A stretch of DNA of 27,670 bases, taken from positions 1 to 27,670 of the IMG/VR virus record IMGVR_UViG_3300043421_000098. The stretch is one strand, 5' to 3'. Shown here piece after piece: positions 17,037 to 26,642 of the stretch. The notes beneath the pieces are model-generated. The model was not told where the DNA came from. It worked only from the letters and a program-made list of their open reading frames with translations, and made no database searches. Position 1 is the first letter of the stretch; each line of letters starts with the position of its first letter. Origin of the DNA: a virus. Its lineage: Duplodnaviria > Caudoviricetes. A program made the position numbers and the translations under genes.

Positions 17037-17325
17037 GATTCACCTTTGTGGGATAACGGCTTAGGTCGAGACTAAGCAGATTTTGTTGTTCAGGTACAAA
17101 CCCAAATCGCCGATAAAGCCGTGCATGGGCTGGCGTATTAGGAATGCAATACAAATAGGAGTAGCCCAAGGCGCGGGCTTGTTGGACAAATAAAGGGAAG
17201 GTTTTTTTTAAGGTGTTTGGCTGAGTGCTATACACCAAATCAATGAACAGCCCCTGATGAGCTGGAGTGACAATAGCGTAGCCTCCAGCCAGTTCAAACA
17301 CCATGCTGGAAGGCATCAAACGCAT
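17008..17325 (-). CDS. Small GNAT-like protein (T7 gp13-like position)
   Basis: QQARALGYSYLYC..PAHARLYRRFGF resembles the C-terminal GNAT motif; lies between the nozzle and ejection genes. Confidence 0.5.
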   Translation of the reverse strand: MRLMPSSMVFELAGGYAIVTPAHQGLFIDLVYSTQPNTLKKTFPLFVQQARALGYSYLYCIPNTPAHARLYRRFGFVPEQQNLLSLDLSRYPTKVNHGKAKSTDH

Positions 17326-17338
17326 CTTTTTACCTAAC

Positions 17339-17533
17339 TTACTTCGCTGCTTTTTCTAGTTTCTCAAGTCGAACGGTCAACGCTTTGACTGAATCCTCTA
17401 ACTCACGGGTACGCTTGCGCTCTTTCTCCAGCGCATCCACTAAAGTTTGTAAAAACCGACGCAATACCCGCTCTTCTAAATTATTAGTCGGTACTTTAGG
17501 GTAACCATGCTCAGGAGTCCGTTGGGCTGCCAT
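17339..17533 (-). CDS. Small coiled-coil hypothetical protein
   Basis: 64 aa heptad-rich sequence, TAATG-coupled to the nozzle gene. Confidence 0.6.
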   Translation of the reverse strand: MAAQRTPEHGYPKVPTNNLEERVLRRFLQTLVDALEKERKRTRELEDSVKALTVRLEKLEKAAK

Positions 17534-19599
17534 TACGGAATCTCCCGCATATCTTGCGCTAAGAAAGCCGCCCGCAAGCGCTCCTTGCCGATTAACTTAA
17601 ACCCTAACCGTATACCCCGCATCCGCCCCGCACTACCCACTCTAAACGGTCGCTGGTCAGTGATACTCCGGCTCCAAAATGCCGTATCAATCTCATCCGC
17701 CCGATCATGGCGGCCAACAGTGGCATCATTGGTGGAGTGATACAGTGAAAATAAGGTTTCAGCCTCAGGGATTAACCGCGCACTGTTATAAGTGCGTGCC
17801 GCCGGAACCACGAGTGTTTTTCCAATCCACTCCGCCTCCATCTTTTCCCCTTCATTGAAGCGCTCCAGATTATCCCCACGCACCACCCATAAAGCATCAT
17901 GCTCGACTTCATACAACAAGGCGTGCGCCTTGCCTTCGGTCATGCGCGTCACATCCCCGCGCTGAATGTTATATAAAACCCCTTCCCCTACCTTTAGTGG
18001 CCACTGTTCCGCTTGTGTCAACGCATTATCGGGTGGAGTGGGTGCTTGCGGATAAATGACTAACTGATCTTCATACAACCCGAAAATCATTTCATCAGGC
18101 TCCAGCCGCTGCCACTGCTCCCGACTCCAGACATTTTCACTGACGACCTTTACTTGCCGACCACCATACACCGCTACACCATCCGGGCTAGACCAGAACA
18201 CCGCCGTCCCCATGTGCACCACAGAACGTTTATCCCGACAGGATTGGTAGGTTTCTAAGGTATGCTCTTGCATGACCTCCGGTGTTGATCCGGTAATAAT
18301 CGACGGCCTGCCCTCAGTTAAGACCAAAACCCCTTCAGGCACTTCAGCTAAAGCCACAATTTTATAGCGAATTTTAATCCGATACTCCACAGGCCAAGCA
18401 TGCGGCTGATACGGCTCACTAAAATGCACAGTACCCGTCATCTCACAGCCTGAATCATTCGTAAACCCAGCTAGTACCCCATTCGGTAAGCCAATCAATC
18501 CACAAAGATTCTTAGGAGCCGGATCATAATTATCAGTGGTCAGTGGCACACCCACAATCGAATCAGGATCAAGCCGATTCCCATTGATAAAATCATCATC
18601 CAAGGGGCAAACCGTATAGCTAGTGGTTGAAGCAGGCAGCTCCACCAATAAGTAATAATCCCCCTCCACTGCCATATAGAGGCGTACTTTCACTACATCA
18701 GGATTCGTTGGTGCAGGCCAACTAATCGTCGCGCAATCCACCCCATCATTATAAGTAATCACCTCAGAAGCAGGGCTAGGTGCAGTCTCTTCATCGCGCA
18801 CCGTCACATAGGTATACACAAAGGCCGTGGATTTTGTATTATCCCCTCCCTGAATCAACGTAGCCACGGGTGCTACATTGACACTAGGCAAGGGGGGGGT
18901 AGGCAAAGTCACCGCCGTGGTCGTCGATACTTTCAGGGGATTAACAATATAAGTGGCTTCAGTTCGATCTAACTCTGCCAACAAATAATAATTACCATCC
19001 AAAAACGCATAGACCCGCTTCTTTTTATACCGAAACTCACCATTGGCTAAGGTGTCAGTCGGCACAATTAAGGTAAGCTTCACCCCATCCGTACCGTCGA
19101 TATACTGCAAAGTATTCGACAACGGCGAAGGTGCAATCTCAACATTAGGCGTAGTGCTGGTATCTATAAAGGTCATCACAAACTGAATCGCTTCTGTATC
19201 CGTACCCGCTCCACCCCGATCTACGACAACAGTCGGTTTAGCAGTAGGCGGTTTCAGGTTACTGAGGTTCGTACCCGCAGCATCATTCGTCATATTACTA
19301 GCCGACTCCACACGCAGCCCCGTACCGTTGCACTGTGTCCAGTAAATCCGCTCATGCTTGTCCTGAATAATCGGGCTACGTGCAAAATTAGTCCAACGAC
19401 TCATATAAATCATCTTGCCGCAGACCATAAACAGCGTCTTAGCCTTCGCATACCCCGCCGCAACAAACAGAGTATGCCGCAGCGGATCAAGTGCGGTGCT
19501 ATGCAAGTAACAATCCCTGCATAGCGTCGCTTGATCATCCTGCAAATTGAGCGGCTCGACTATTGGCCGCTCACCGGAGAAGGTGCGAAGTTGGATCAT
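17533..19599 (-). CDS. Tail nozzle/packaged DNA stabilisation protein-like (beta-propeller) with a duplicated FN3-like insert
   Basis: IQLRTFSGERP start, GLIGLPNGVLAGF, FSEPYQPHAWPVEY, QSCRDKRSVVHMG..SPDGV, WSREQWQRLEP. ATG at 19599 overlaps the upstream TGA; alternative GTG at 19605. Confidence 0.7.
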   Translation of the reverse strand: MIQLRTFSGERPIVEPLNLQDDQATLCRDCYLHSTALDPLRHTLFVAAGYAKAKTLFMVCGKMIYMSRWTNFARSPIIQDKHERIYWTQCNGTGLRVESASNMTNDAAGTNLSNLKPPTAKPTVVVDRGGAGTDTEAIQFVMTFIDTSTTPNVEIAPSPLSNTLQYIDGTDGVKLTLIVPTDTLANGEFRYKKKRVYAFLDGNYYLLAELDRTEATYIVNPLKVSTTTAVTLPTPPLPSVNVAPVATLIQGGDNTKSTAFVYTYVTVRDEETAPSPASEVITYNDGVDCATISWPAPTNPDVVKVRLYMAVEGDYYLLVELPASTTSYTVCPLDDDFINGNRLDPDSIVGVPLTTDNYDPAPKNLCGLIGLPNGVLAGFTNDSGCEMTGTVHFSEPYQPHAWPVEYRIKIRYKIVALAEVPEGVLVLTEGRPSIITGSTPEVMQEHTLETYQSCRDKRSVVHMGTAVFWSSPDGVAVYGGRQVKVVSENVWSREQWQRLEPDEMIFGLYEDQLVIYPQAPTPPDNALTQAEQWPLKVGEGVLYNIQRGDVTRMTEGKAHALLYEVEHDALWVVRGDNLERFNEGEKMEAEWIGKTLVVPAARTYNSARLIPEAETLFSLYHSTNDATVGRHDRADEIDTAFWSRSITDQRPFRVGSAGRMRGIRLGFKLIGKERLRAAFLAQDMREIP

Positions 19600-21515
19600 G
19601 GGCACGTAAACAACGATTTTTCAGCTAACTGAATATCTGTGACGAACATCGGTGTATAAGCAGTTGCCCCAGTCAATGGATCAAAAGCTGTTTTTCTACA
19701 GGACAGCGCTAATGTCAAAATATCAGCTGCAGGTGTAAATGTGACTGCCACTTTTTGCCAATCTTTATTTTGGGCAGTTACTGCGGCAGTGCCTAGCTCA
19801 ATAATAGTCCCCATAAAATCAAATGGGCGAGGCGCAGTACCTTCCGCCGTTGTTAAACCATTGACGGTAAATAGACGATCAATATCATTAACATGTCTAA
19901 AATCAGAGTCAGTTGTACCACCACCGACCGTAGCAATTAACATATACTCCCTACCTGCTATTAGTGGAGTTGTTAATATCTGCGCTAAATGTACTGCGGT
20001 ATGAGGGTTATTCTCTGAATTGACCTCAGCAATTCCACCAGCCGCTGGCATATTGATATTGCCATAGGACGAATAAATACTACCCCATGAACTATGGAAA
20101 TAATGCAAAAAGTCAGAACGATCAATGTAGTTCCATAACTGATGCCAATCGTTTAAATACTCGCCATAATAACTATTGGTATTAGCCGTATAGCCAGCAT
20201 CGAATTTGTCTAATTGCGGATTACGTAACACATTAGCCCCTGTGGGCAACACCTTATCAATATCATTACAGGTCGGTACAACAGTTAAAGAAATCGTATG
20301 TGTCGTACAGTGTTCAGCCCCATCATTATCCTTAACACATAATTTAAGAACTACCTCTGTATCGCTAGTCACGGCGGGAAGTTGTAATGTAGCAACCTGT
20401 GCAGTTGGATTATTAATCACTACACTAGGCCCACTCACCTGTGACCAAGCATAGCTCACTACAGTCCCATCGCTATCGCTTGAACTAGCCCCAGATAAAC
20501 TCACTGTAGCAGCACTCGATGCACTCCCTACCCCTGTGATAACCGCAGTCGGTGGCTTATTACTCGGCGCACACCCTGCCAAAACCTTACAAATCCACTC
20601 AGGGCAAATAGTGATTTTTCCATCTTCTGTTTTACAAAACACTTCAGAATCTAACAGATCACAAGCCACTACCGCCCGCTGATTAATTGGCTTGTTATTA
20701 CAATCGCTTAGCTTTTTTTGGTAATCATTAAGCGTCTCACAAGTAGGGATTTTACTACCTAAGGGTAAGCGCTCTCCTTCACAGGTTTGCAGCCATTCAC
20801 AGTTTAAATTCAACACATCAAAAAAATCAGACGCACAGCCCCATGTGTCATTCGGCGGAATGGTACAATTCCCATCTTTTTTACTACGATAGTATTTACC
20901 CTTATAACAGCGCCATTGTCCGGTATTCCACCCGCCACAACTATTACTAGAAATCGTCGGCACTGCAACAATGCAACCTAAACCTGCCAGATAATCATTA
21001 ATCGCTTTAATTTGCTCTAAAACATCACGCAACTCTTGGCCTGTCATCGTTTGATAAACCAAGGTTTTAACCGGCCATTCCTGTTTAACCGTACCATCAA
21101 CCCCACGCTTTTCAATAATTAGCGTGCGGCCATCTTCTTCATAACCGCTATATTTAACTACCTCAAAACGAATTAGCTTATCCTCATCATCTTTTTCAAG
21201 GCCACCACGGTTATCTTGCTTACACTGATCACTAGGCTTAGGCTTTTTATGATCACACTCATCACAGCAGGGTTTCTCTTGTGAACAGCCCCCGCTGGTG
21301 CCACAACCATTATTAGGTTTAGTAGGCTTGACAGGCTTAGGGCATGGATTTCCATATTCAGCCAAAATCAAATAGCCACCCTCAGCAGATGGCATGACAT
21401 AAGGTACCCGATCAGCTAAACATTCTGCTAAGAATTGTGGATACTCCAAGCGTAATCTCATGCCATCATAGGATAAAGCCGTTTCAGTTTTAGTCCGTGC
21501 ATTGGTTTTAAACAT
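19596..21515 (-). CDS. Cys-rich tail fibre/receptor-binding-like protein with a CBM5/12-like motif, a PKD/Ig-like domain and a C-terminal beta-sandwich
   Basis: WNTGQWRCYKGKYYRS..GNCTIPPNDTW. NKPPTAVI..VSLSGASSSDSDGTVVSYAWSQVSGP..LCVKDNDG is PKD-like. N-terminal ~260 aa is paralogous to the upstream gene. Confidence 0.65.
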   Translation of the reverse strand: MFKTNARTKTETALSYDGMRLRLEYPQFLAECLADRVPYVMPSAEGGYLILAEYGNPCPKPVKPTKPNNGCGTSGGCSQEKPCCDECDHKKPKPSDQCKQDNRGGLEKDDEDKLIRFEVVKYSGYEEDGRTLIIEKRGVDGTVKQEWPVKTLVYQTMTGQELRDVLEQIKAINDYLAGLGCIVAVPTISSNSCGGWNTGQWRCYKGKYYRSKKDGNCTIPPNDTWGCASDFFDVLNLNCEWLQTCEGERLPLGSKIPTCETLNDYQKKLSDCNNKPINQRAVVACDLLDSEVFCKTEDGKITICPEWICKVLAGCAPSNKPPTAVITGVGSASSAATVSLSGASSSDSDGTVVSYAWSQVSGPSVVINNPTAQVATLQLPAVTSDTEVVLKLCVKDNDGAEHCTTHTISLTVVPTCNDIDKVLPTGANVLRNPQLDKFDAGYTANTNSYYGEYLNDWHQLWNYIDRSDFLHYFHSSWGSIYSSYGNINMPAAGGIAEVNSENNPHTAVHLAQILTTPLIAGREYMLIATVGGGTTDSDFRHVNDIDRLFTVNGLTTAEGTAPRPFDFMGTIIELGTAAVTAQNKDWQKVAVTFTPAADILTLALSCRKTAFDPLTGATAYTPMFVTDIQLAEKSLFTCP

Positions 21516-21530
21516 ATCAATATCCTATTT

Positions 21531-22886
21531 CTACATAGATAATGTTGTAATTTCTAAATCATAAGCGTCCAAATAGTGATTGGCGCTTTCTTCTTTCACA
21601 TTGACGCTGATTTTGTCACCCTTCTTTAATGGTATGCCGACCCCAGAATGCCGCACTTTAAAATCATTCAACTCTTCACCGACATGAATCCCTGAATGGT
21701 CATCCGCAATAATCTCAAATTGCTCTAACCCATTTACGACGACTTGGCAGACACAGCGCTCACCAGTAGGGTATAGCTTCTGCTCTTGGGCAATCGTAGC
21801 GGGTCTAAAGAGCACGCGATAACGTCGGTTATAGGGCACAACTAAATTTCCATTATCGTCATAGTCAAACCCACCCGCTAAATCAGATTTACCAGCCGTT
21901 AACGAGACATTAGGCGGCTTTAAACCGTTCCCACCTTTATTATTAACACTGGCTACTCTGATATGAGCCGACGGCCAAAACTTCGGATCAAGCACATTAA
22001 TAACCGTATCTTCGCCATCCGAACTTTTTATAGTGATAGTCCCGTTATCATAATTAGGTACTTGATCCAGATCAGTAATACTAGGCTCTGGTATTTTCGG
22101 AATATCTTTACACTGCGCTAACTTCACCCCACACGGCAGTGGCTCATTATCACAACCCAAAAAATCCCCAACCCGTAAAACCTTACTTCCAAAGGGCAAA
22201 CGTTTATCGTCACACGTTTTCAGCCAGTCACAATGCAAATTGAGTAGACTGAACACATCAGCCTCACACTCCCACGTATCATTAGGCGGGTTAGTACAAT
22301 TCCCATTTTCCTTGCTGCGATAATATTTATTCTTGTAGCAGCGCCACTCGCCTTTATTCCAACCACCGCAACCCGCTGTGGGTTTGGTAGGCACAGCCAG
22401 AATACAACCCAACTCATCTAAAAAGGTCTGGATGCGTTGCAACCAGTTCAGCACATCTTTGAGTTCAGCACCGGTCATTGACTGGATCACTAAACTCCCA
22501 GCAGGCCACTCCCGCTTACTCGTCCCCTCTAAAGCCCTTGCCGTGATATTGAGCGTTACTCCATCCTCTTGATACCCGCTATATCGCACCACCTCCATCG
22601 CCAACAGGCGCTGAATCGGAGGGCAGGAACTAGCGCTAGCGGTCTCTTTACTCTCACTGCAAGGATCACTACAACAACCGCTTTTAGTTTCAGACTTCGC
22701 GCTTGTAGTAGCGCAAGGATCACCATACTCAACAAAAATCAGATACCCTCCCTCACGAGCAGGCATCACATAAGGAACACGATCACCCTCACACTCCGCT
22801 AAATACTGAGGGTGATCAAGGCGCACACTAGTCCCTGCTTCAGTCAGAATCGAGTTAGTACGTGTTTTAGCATTTAATTGGAACAT
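21531..22886 (-). CDS. Cys-rich tail fibre-like protein, paralogous N-terminus with a different C-terminal beta-rich domain
   Basis: Shares MF..NA.T.T, PQ.LAEC..DRVPYVMP..EGGYLI..EYG.PC, EVV.YSGY.EDG.TL and WRCYK.KYYRSK..GNCT.PPNDTW with the 639-aa protein. Confidence 0.62.
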   Translation of the reverse strand: MFQLNAKTRTNSILTEAGTSVRLDHPQYLAECEGDRVPYVMPAREGGYLIFVEYGDPCATTSAKSETKSGCCSDPCSESKETASASSCPPIQRLLAMEVVRYSGYQEDGVTLNITARALEGTSKREWPAGSLVIQSMTGAELKDVLNWLQRIQTFLDELGCILAVPTKPTAGCGGWNKGEWRCYKNKYYRSKENGNCTNPPNDTWECEADVFSLLNLHCDWLKTCDDKRLPFGSKVLRVGDFLGCDNEPLPCGVKLAQCKDIPKIPEPSITDLDQVPNYDNGTITIKSSDGEDTVINVLDPKFWPSAHIRVASVNNKGGNGLKPPNVSLTAGKSDLAGGFDYDDNGNLVVPYNRRYRVLFRPATIAQEQKLYPTGERCVCQVVVNGLEQFEIIADDHSGIHVGEELNDFKVRHSGVGIPLKKGDKISVNVKEESANHYLDAYDLEITTLSM

Positions 22887-23299
22887 GGCTCACAGCCCTT
22901 CACTCTAAATTTAATCTCGCGTTTAGAGTTATCCTCTAAACACAGTTCCAGCTTGACTAAACTGTCAGCCTGCACACCCTCTAATAACCAGCGCTGCCGC
23001 TTTTTAGTAGCACTCATCGCACCAGCAATAGGTTTGATAGAGCGAATACACTGCACCGCCCCAGCCTTGCCGAATGACACTGCAAGCAGTCCATCCACCC
23101 ATTGCAAAACAGGCGTTTTACCCATCTCCCGCTTACCCAGCAGCGTCACTTGCTGAACCCTACCTTCGAGGGCTAATGAGTGGTCATAACCCAACACATC
23201 AAAGCCAGTTGCATTACACTGTCGCTTGACAAAAGGCCGTGACCGTAAATAAGGATTGCTGCGTTGCTGCAAAAACCCCAAATCAAACTCACTCAACAT
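22874..23299 (-). CDS. Hypothetical virion protein (possible fibre adaptor)
   Basis: Overlaps both neighbours in the operon. GGAGG lies 6 nt before the ATG at 23299 (alternative GTG at 23305). Confidence 0.55.
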   Translation of the reverse strand: MLSEFDLGFLQQRSNPYLRSRPFVKRQCNATGFDVLGYDHSLALEGRVQQVTLLGKREMGKTPVLQWVDGLLAVSFGKAGAVQCIRSIKPIAGAMSATKKRQRWLLEGVQADSLVKLELCLEDNSKREIKFRVKGCEPCSN

Positions 23300-23988
23300 C
23301 CACACCCTCCCGCAGCCTTCCAGCCATCTTTTGCGTTATAAGTGGGGCGATACGGCTTTACATCCATAACGCGCTCTAGCCGTGCCTGCTCAATGCTGCG
23401 CTCATACAAAGCCCGGTAATACATTCCCCGCTCTGAATCCGTCCACTCTTGCCCCGGCATCATGTGCGCCATCATTAACGCCCCGTTCATAATGGTATCT
23501 TGATACTTCAACATCAGGTTTTCAGGGAATTCATCCCCCCCGCGCTCAGGCGCTAAAGCCACAGCAGCACGTAACGTCTCCCCTTTCGACGGCTCATTCA
23601 ACAGCACCCGCCCCGGCATGTTTTCGTACCAATACTGCTTGCCTTTACATCGCCAAATATCTTTACGCTCAGGAATACGAATATCACAGCCGCCGGAGCT
23701 TTCCCCGCAGCCGCTACAATCTCCCTTCCCTCCATCCGTAAAAACTTCAATCACCCGTGCAACTCGAACACCTTCATCCGTGGGTAAATCTACAAAATCA
23801 TCACCCGCCGCGATTTCAAGGCGTTCAAAGTCATAGCGCCAGATTTCAGCTTCCAAGCACAAGCGCACGGTCGCATCCGACAGTTCGCGCCGGATCACCT
23901 TATCCGGGATGCCCGGCAACAACTGCTTGATTTGTTGAGCAGCGTCATCAAAGACGCTACCCGTTTCAGCACAACAATTTTCAGCCAT
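23293..23988 (-). CDS. Head-tail adaptor-like protein
   Basis: LLPGIPDKVIRRELSDATVRLC..EIWR..ALAP..Y.DTIMNGAL..MPGQEWTD pattern typical of podovirus adaptors; operon position. Confidence 0.62.
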   Translation of the reverse strand: MAENCCAETGSVFDDAAQQIKQLLPGIPDKVIRRELSDATVRLCLEAEIWRYDFERLEIAAGDDFVDLPTDEGVRVARVIEVFTDGGKGDCSGCGESSGGCDIRIPERKDIWRCKGKQYWYENMPGRVLLNEPSKGETLRAAVALAPERGGDEFPENLMLKYQDTIMNGALMMAHMMPGQEWTDSERGMYYRALYERSIEQARLERVMDVKPYRPTYNAKDGWKAAGGCGC

Positions 23989-23990
23989 GC

Positions 23991-24671
23991 TTAAACTCTC
24001 CGAACCTGATGCTCACTCAGCATGTCTTTCTCATGCCGATGGTGCGGATGATAAGAGGCATCAGCCGTGGTCTTAATCCCTAATCCTTCATAGAACACCG
24101 TCCGATAGAACTGCTCTTTTTGGGTTTGAGTACCTTCCCGCTGATAAGCGCGATACAGGCAGTAATTCAAAATATCCTGCTCAAACTCAGAGCGGAAAAT
24201 TAACTCGACTGAGTTCTTATCAATCGCTGGCGGAATCCATGAGTAAGTCAGGCTAATCTTGTGACCATCCGGTGCTTTTGGATAAATCCAAAAATCACGC
24301 GGCTTATGCTCTTCATACGCAAAATACTCCGTGTTAGGTGTCGCGGCCTCAGTCCGCCAGCACGGATCAATCTTGTTTAATTCCGCCACAGGCTTCGGCA
24401 AAATAGCCCGACACACTTCGCCATCGGCATTGATCACCCCCGCTATATCCATCAGGCGGTAAGCATCCTCCGGCAATTTCTGTAAAGCAGTTTTGCTAGT
24501 AGGAAAATCAACGGTTTTATAACTCGCATCAGGTCGAACCCTGATGATGGCACGCACCGCTTCATTAATCGTTTCAGCCTGAAACTCGCGCGTCCAAAAA
24601 TCCAAATGCTCATCGGTCAACAAGCGTGCAAGTCGACCGATTAGATACTGCGCATCTATTTTATCGGCCAT
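23991..24671 (-). CDS. Head-tail adaptor-like protein (DUF6682-like)
   Basis: WT.E..INEAVRAIIRVRPDA, QKLPEDAYRLMDI, FWIYP, ILNYCLYRAY. Likely ATG at 24671 after a G-rich RBS. Confidence 0.65.
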   Translation of the reverse strand: MADKIDAQYLIGRLARLLTDEHLDFWTREFQAETINEAVRAIIRVRPDASYKTVDFPTSKTALQKLPEDAYRLMDIAGVINADGEVCRAILPKPVAELNKIDPCWRTEAATPNTEYFAYEEHKPRDFWIYPKAPDGHKISLTYSWIPPAIDKNSVELIFRSEFEQDILNYCLYRAYQREGTQTQKEQFYRTVFYEGLGIKTTADASYHPHHRHEKDMLSEHQVRRV

Positions 24672-24684
24672 ACTGCCCCCCAAT

Positions 24685-24710
24685 AAAAAAGCCGCCCCGA
24701 AGGACGGCTT
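24685..24710 (-). terminator. Intrinsic terminator after the capsid genes
   Basis: Minus strand GCCGTCC-TTCG-GGGCGGC-TTTTTT, a cUUCGg tetraloop stem followed by a U6 tract. Confidence 0.88.
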
Positions 24711-24735
24711 CTTCTTGTTTAACTGATCACACTAA

Positions 24736-25272
24736 TTAAGACATCACATACCAAATGATAATGTCCAGTTTGCTGCAAGCGGCTGGTGTACCATTTAAGG
24801 TCATCACCAAATCCGACAAGCCGCAGGCTTTCTTAGTGTTATCAGGGGGGCAGCAGGTCGGCGGCATTTGCGACGGGCAACACTCCGGCATACAACTATC
24901 ACCACAATCCCACGGGCCACACGGTACATCGCCACATTTCGCACTCGACACATCATAATCATTTAAGATTTTTTCAAAGTCGAGGCAAAGTGGATCACAA
25001 TTACAATCTCGTTCAAAGCTTACACAGCCCAAATCAATCGTAACGGGTGCTCCACCAGCAGCCTGTAAGCCTGCTGTAGCCACCTGAATTTTCAGGATCG
25101 TAAACCCCGGAATCACCGGAGCAAGCGCCCAGCGACTACCCGCCTTATGCTCAACACCACCGTCAAACTGCATACTCATGCGGTGGACATTGACCCCCAT
25201 CGTGTCATTGTTCCACCCCTTACGGTACAGAGCATCCCAACGCTTATATAAACTTTCTTTTGCACAAGCCAT
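24736..25272 (-). CDS. Cys-rich capsid-associated (decoration/cement-like) protein
   Basis: Directly after the major capsid gene and before the terminator; beta-rich; 15 Cys in 178 aa. Confidence 0.6.
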   Translation of the reverse strand: MACAKESLYKRWDALYRKGWNNDTMGVNVHRMSMQFDGGVEHKAGSRWALAPVIPGFTILKIQVATAGLQAAGGAPVTIDLGCVSFERDCNCDPLCLDFEKILNDYDVSSAKCGDVPCGPWDCGDSCMPECCPSQMPPTCCPPDNTKKACGLSDLVMTLNGTPAACSKLDIIIWYVMS

Positions 25273-25283
25273 TTTGATACTCC

Positions 25284-26594
25284 TTAGCAGCTCTTCATGC
25301 CGTCGTTTTTGACCGCAGTGTCCAGCACCGCCACCCCATGATCGTAGACCCGCCCTGTTTTGGATGCGAACCGGATCTTCTTTTCACCATCGAGTGCCTT
25401 GATATGCACGCGCCGACCTTCGCCGCCGTCGTAAGTCCCGCTCCAATAAACATAATTGAGTTTCCCCAAATGCTTACCTTCAGCATCGTTCACACTACCC
25501 CAAGCCTCCGCCAGTGCAGCACCCCCCAAAATCAATGCCCGATCTACTGCAAACTTAGCATTTGCCGATAAGGTCGCTACGTGAGTGGATGCACAATCAT
25601 CATCATTACTGACAATCACAGAATGCCCCGGCTTAAAGCGTACTGGATGCGTATATTTCTTAACTAAAATACCATCCCAGTACAGACAATCCCCCGAAAA
25701 GGCTGGATGACCACCGCAATCCGCTTTAGCTTGCTTAGCCGCCGCTTGCAATTCGGCATACCATTTTCCATCCGAAGAGGTACGGAAATCCCGCCATTGG
25801 GAAGGAGTCACCAGCATGAGATACTTAATATCCATACCACTCTCACCCAACTTAATCGGCAACAGCGGATGCGCTGATTCTTCCATCCCAGCAACAAAGC
25901 GGGTCAGCGTATCAAGACTGAAAATATCATCCTTGTCTAAAGCATCACCACACTGACCATCAAAGTCCGTTGCATCCCCACCATAGAAATGACGGCAATA
26001 GGTCGGTGCTTCCAAGCAATTGATCATTGCCTTTCTGAAATCAATGCCATCCAGCGGTAGAATCTGGTTTTCTGGGTTATAGTGATGCCCCCGCGCACCC
26101 GCCAATTGATAAATAACCCTCTCAGTTTTCAGCCGATCCATATACGCCGTTAACAGCGGACGGGCTAAATTGAACGAATTTTTACCTAAACGCAGGGTAT
26201 TCGTCGTCACACAACGATCTTTAACCCCGTGGCGAGTTAAGCCAATCTTCATCTCAAAGCTGGAATAAGTTCTTTCCTCTTCCCGTCCTTCGAGCGGATC
26301 ACAACACATCGTCGGTAAATTATTCAGCGAATGCTGAATATCTAACCGTACCGTATCCCCCGCAGCATCCTGCTTAGACAGATCATTGATAGTCACAATC
26401 GGCGCATACTGCCCCGACTCCATCCGTGAACCTGCTTTAGACACATCTTTCGGAATAATGCTGGAAATATCAGCCCGTAACATATTCGGCAGGCTTGGAT
26501 AAGAAGCAAGCTCCACCATTGTCAGCATCGACCGGACTACCGGAACATCGGTAGACTTCACAGCCGATAGAGAACGCACACTTGAATTGGCCAT
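25284..26594 (-). CDS. Major capsid protein, N4-gp56/DUF4043-like
   Basis: APIVTINDLSKQ..GDTVRLDI..P.M..LEGREE, QLAGARG, APT..RHFYGGDAT, YLMLVTPSQW, HP.FSGD..WDGILVKK, VDRALILGGAALAEAWG, KKIRF..DHGVAVLDTAV. 436 aa, downstream of the scaffold gene. Confidence 0.85.
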   Translation of the reverse strand: MANSSVRSLSAVKSTDVPVVRSMLTMVELASYPSLPNMLRADISSIIPKDVSKAGSRMESGQYAPIVTINDLSKQDAAGDTVRLDIQHSLNNLPTMCCDPLEGREEERTYSSFEMKIGLTRHGVKDRCVTTNTLRLGKNSFNLARPLLTAYMDRLKTERVIYQLAGARGHHYNPENQILPLDGIDFRKAMINCLEAPTYCRHFYGGDATDFDGQCGDALDKDDIFSLDTLTRFVAGMEESAHPLLPIKLGESGMDIKYLMLVTPSQWRDFRTSSDGKWYAELQAAAKQAKADCGGHPAFSGDCLYWDGILVKKYTHPVRFKPGHSVIVSNDDDCASTHVATLSANAKFAVDRALILGGAALAEAWGSVNDAEGKHLGKLNYVYWSGTYDGGEGRRVHIKALDGEKKIRFASKTGRVYDHGVAVLDTAVKNDGMKSC

Positions 26595-26642
26595 TGTTGT
26601 TACTCATTAAGAGTTTCCAAACGGCCAAGCGGCTATTCATCC

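Noticed and set aside
19596-22886. Possible diversity-generating retroelement target or invertible fibre shufflon
   Set aside because: No reverse transcriptase or invertase in the window. The paralogous DNA differs at all base types, mostly synonymously, rather than only at adenines, and both copies have the same orientation.
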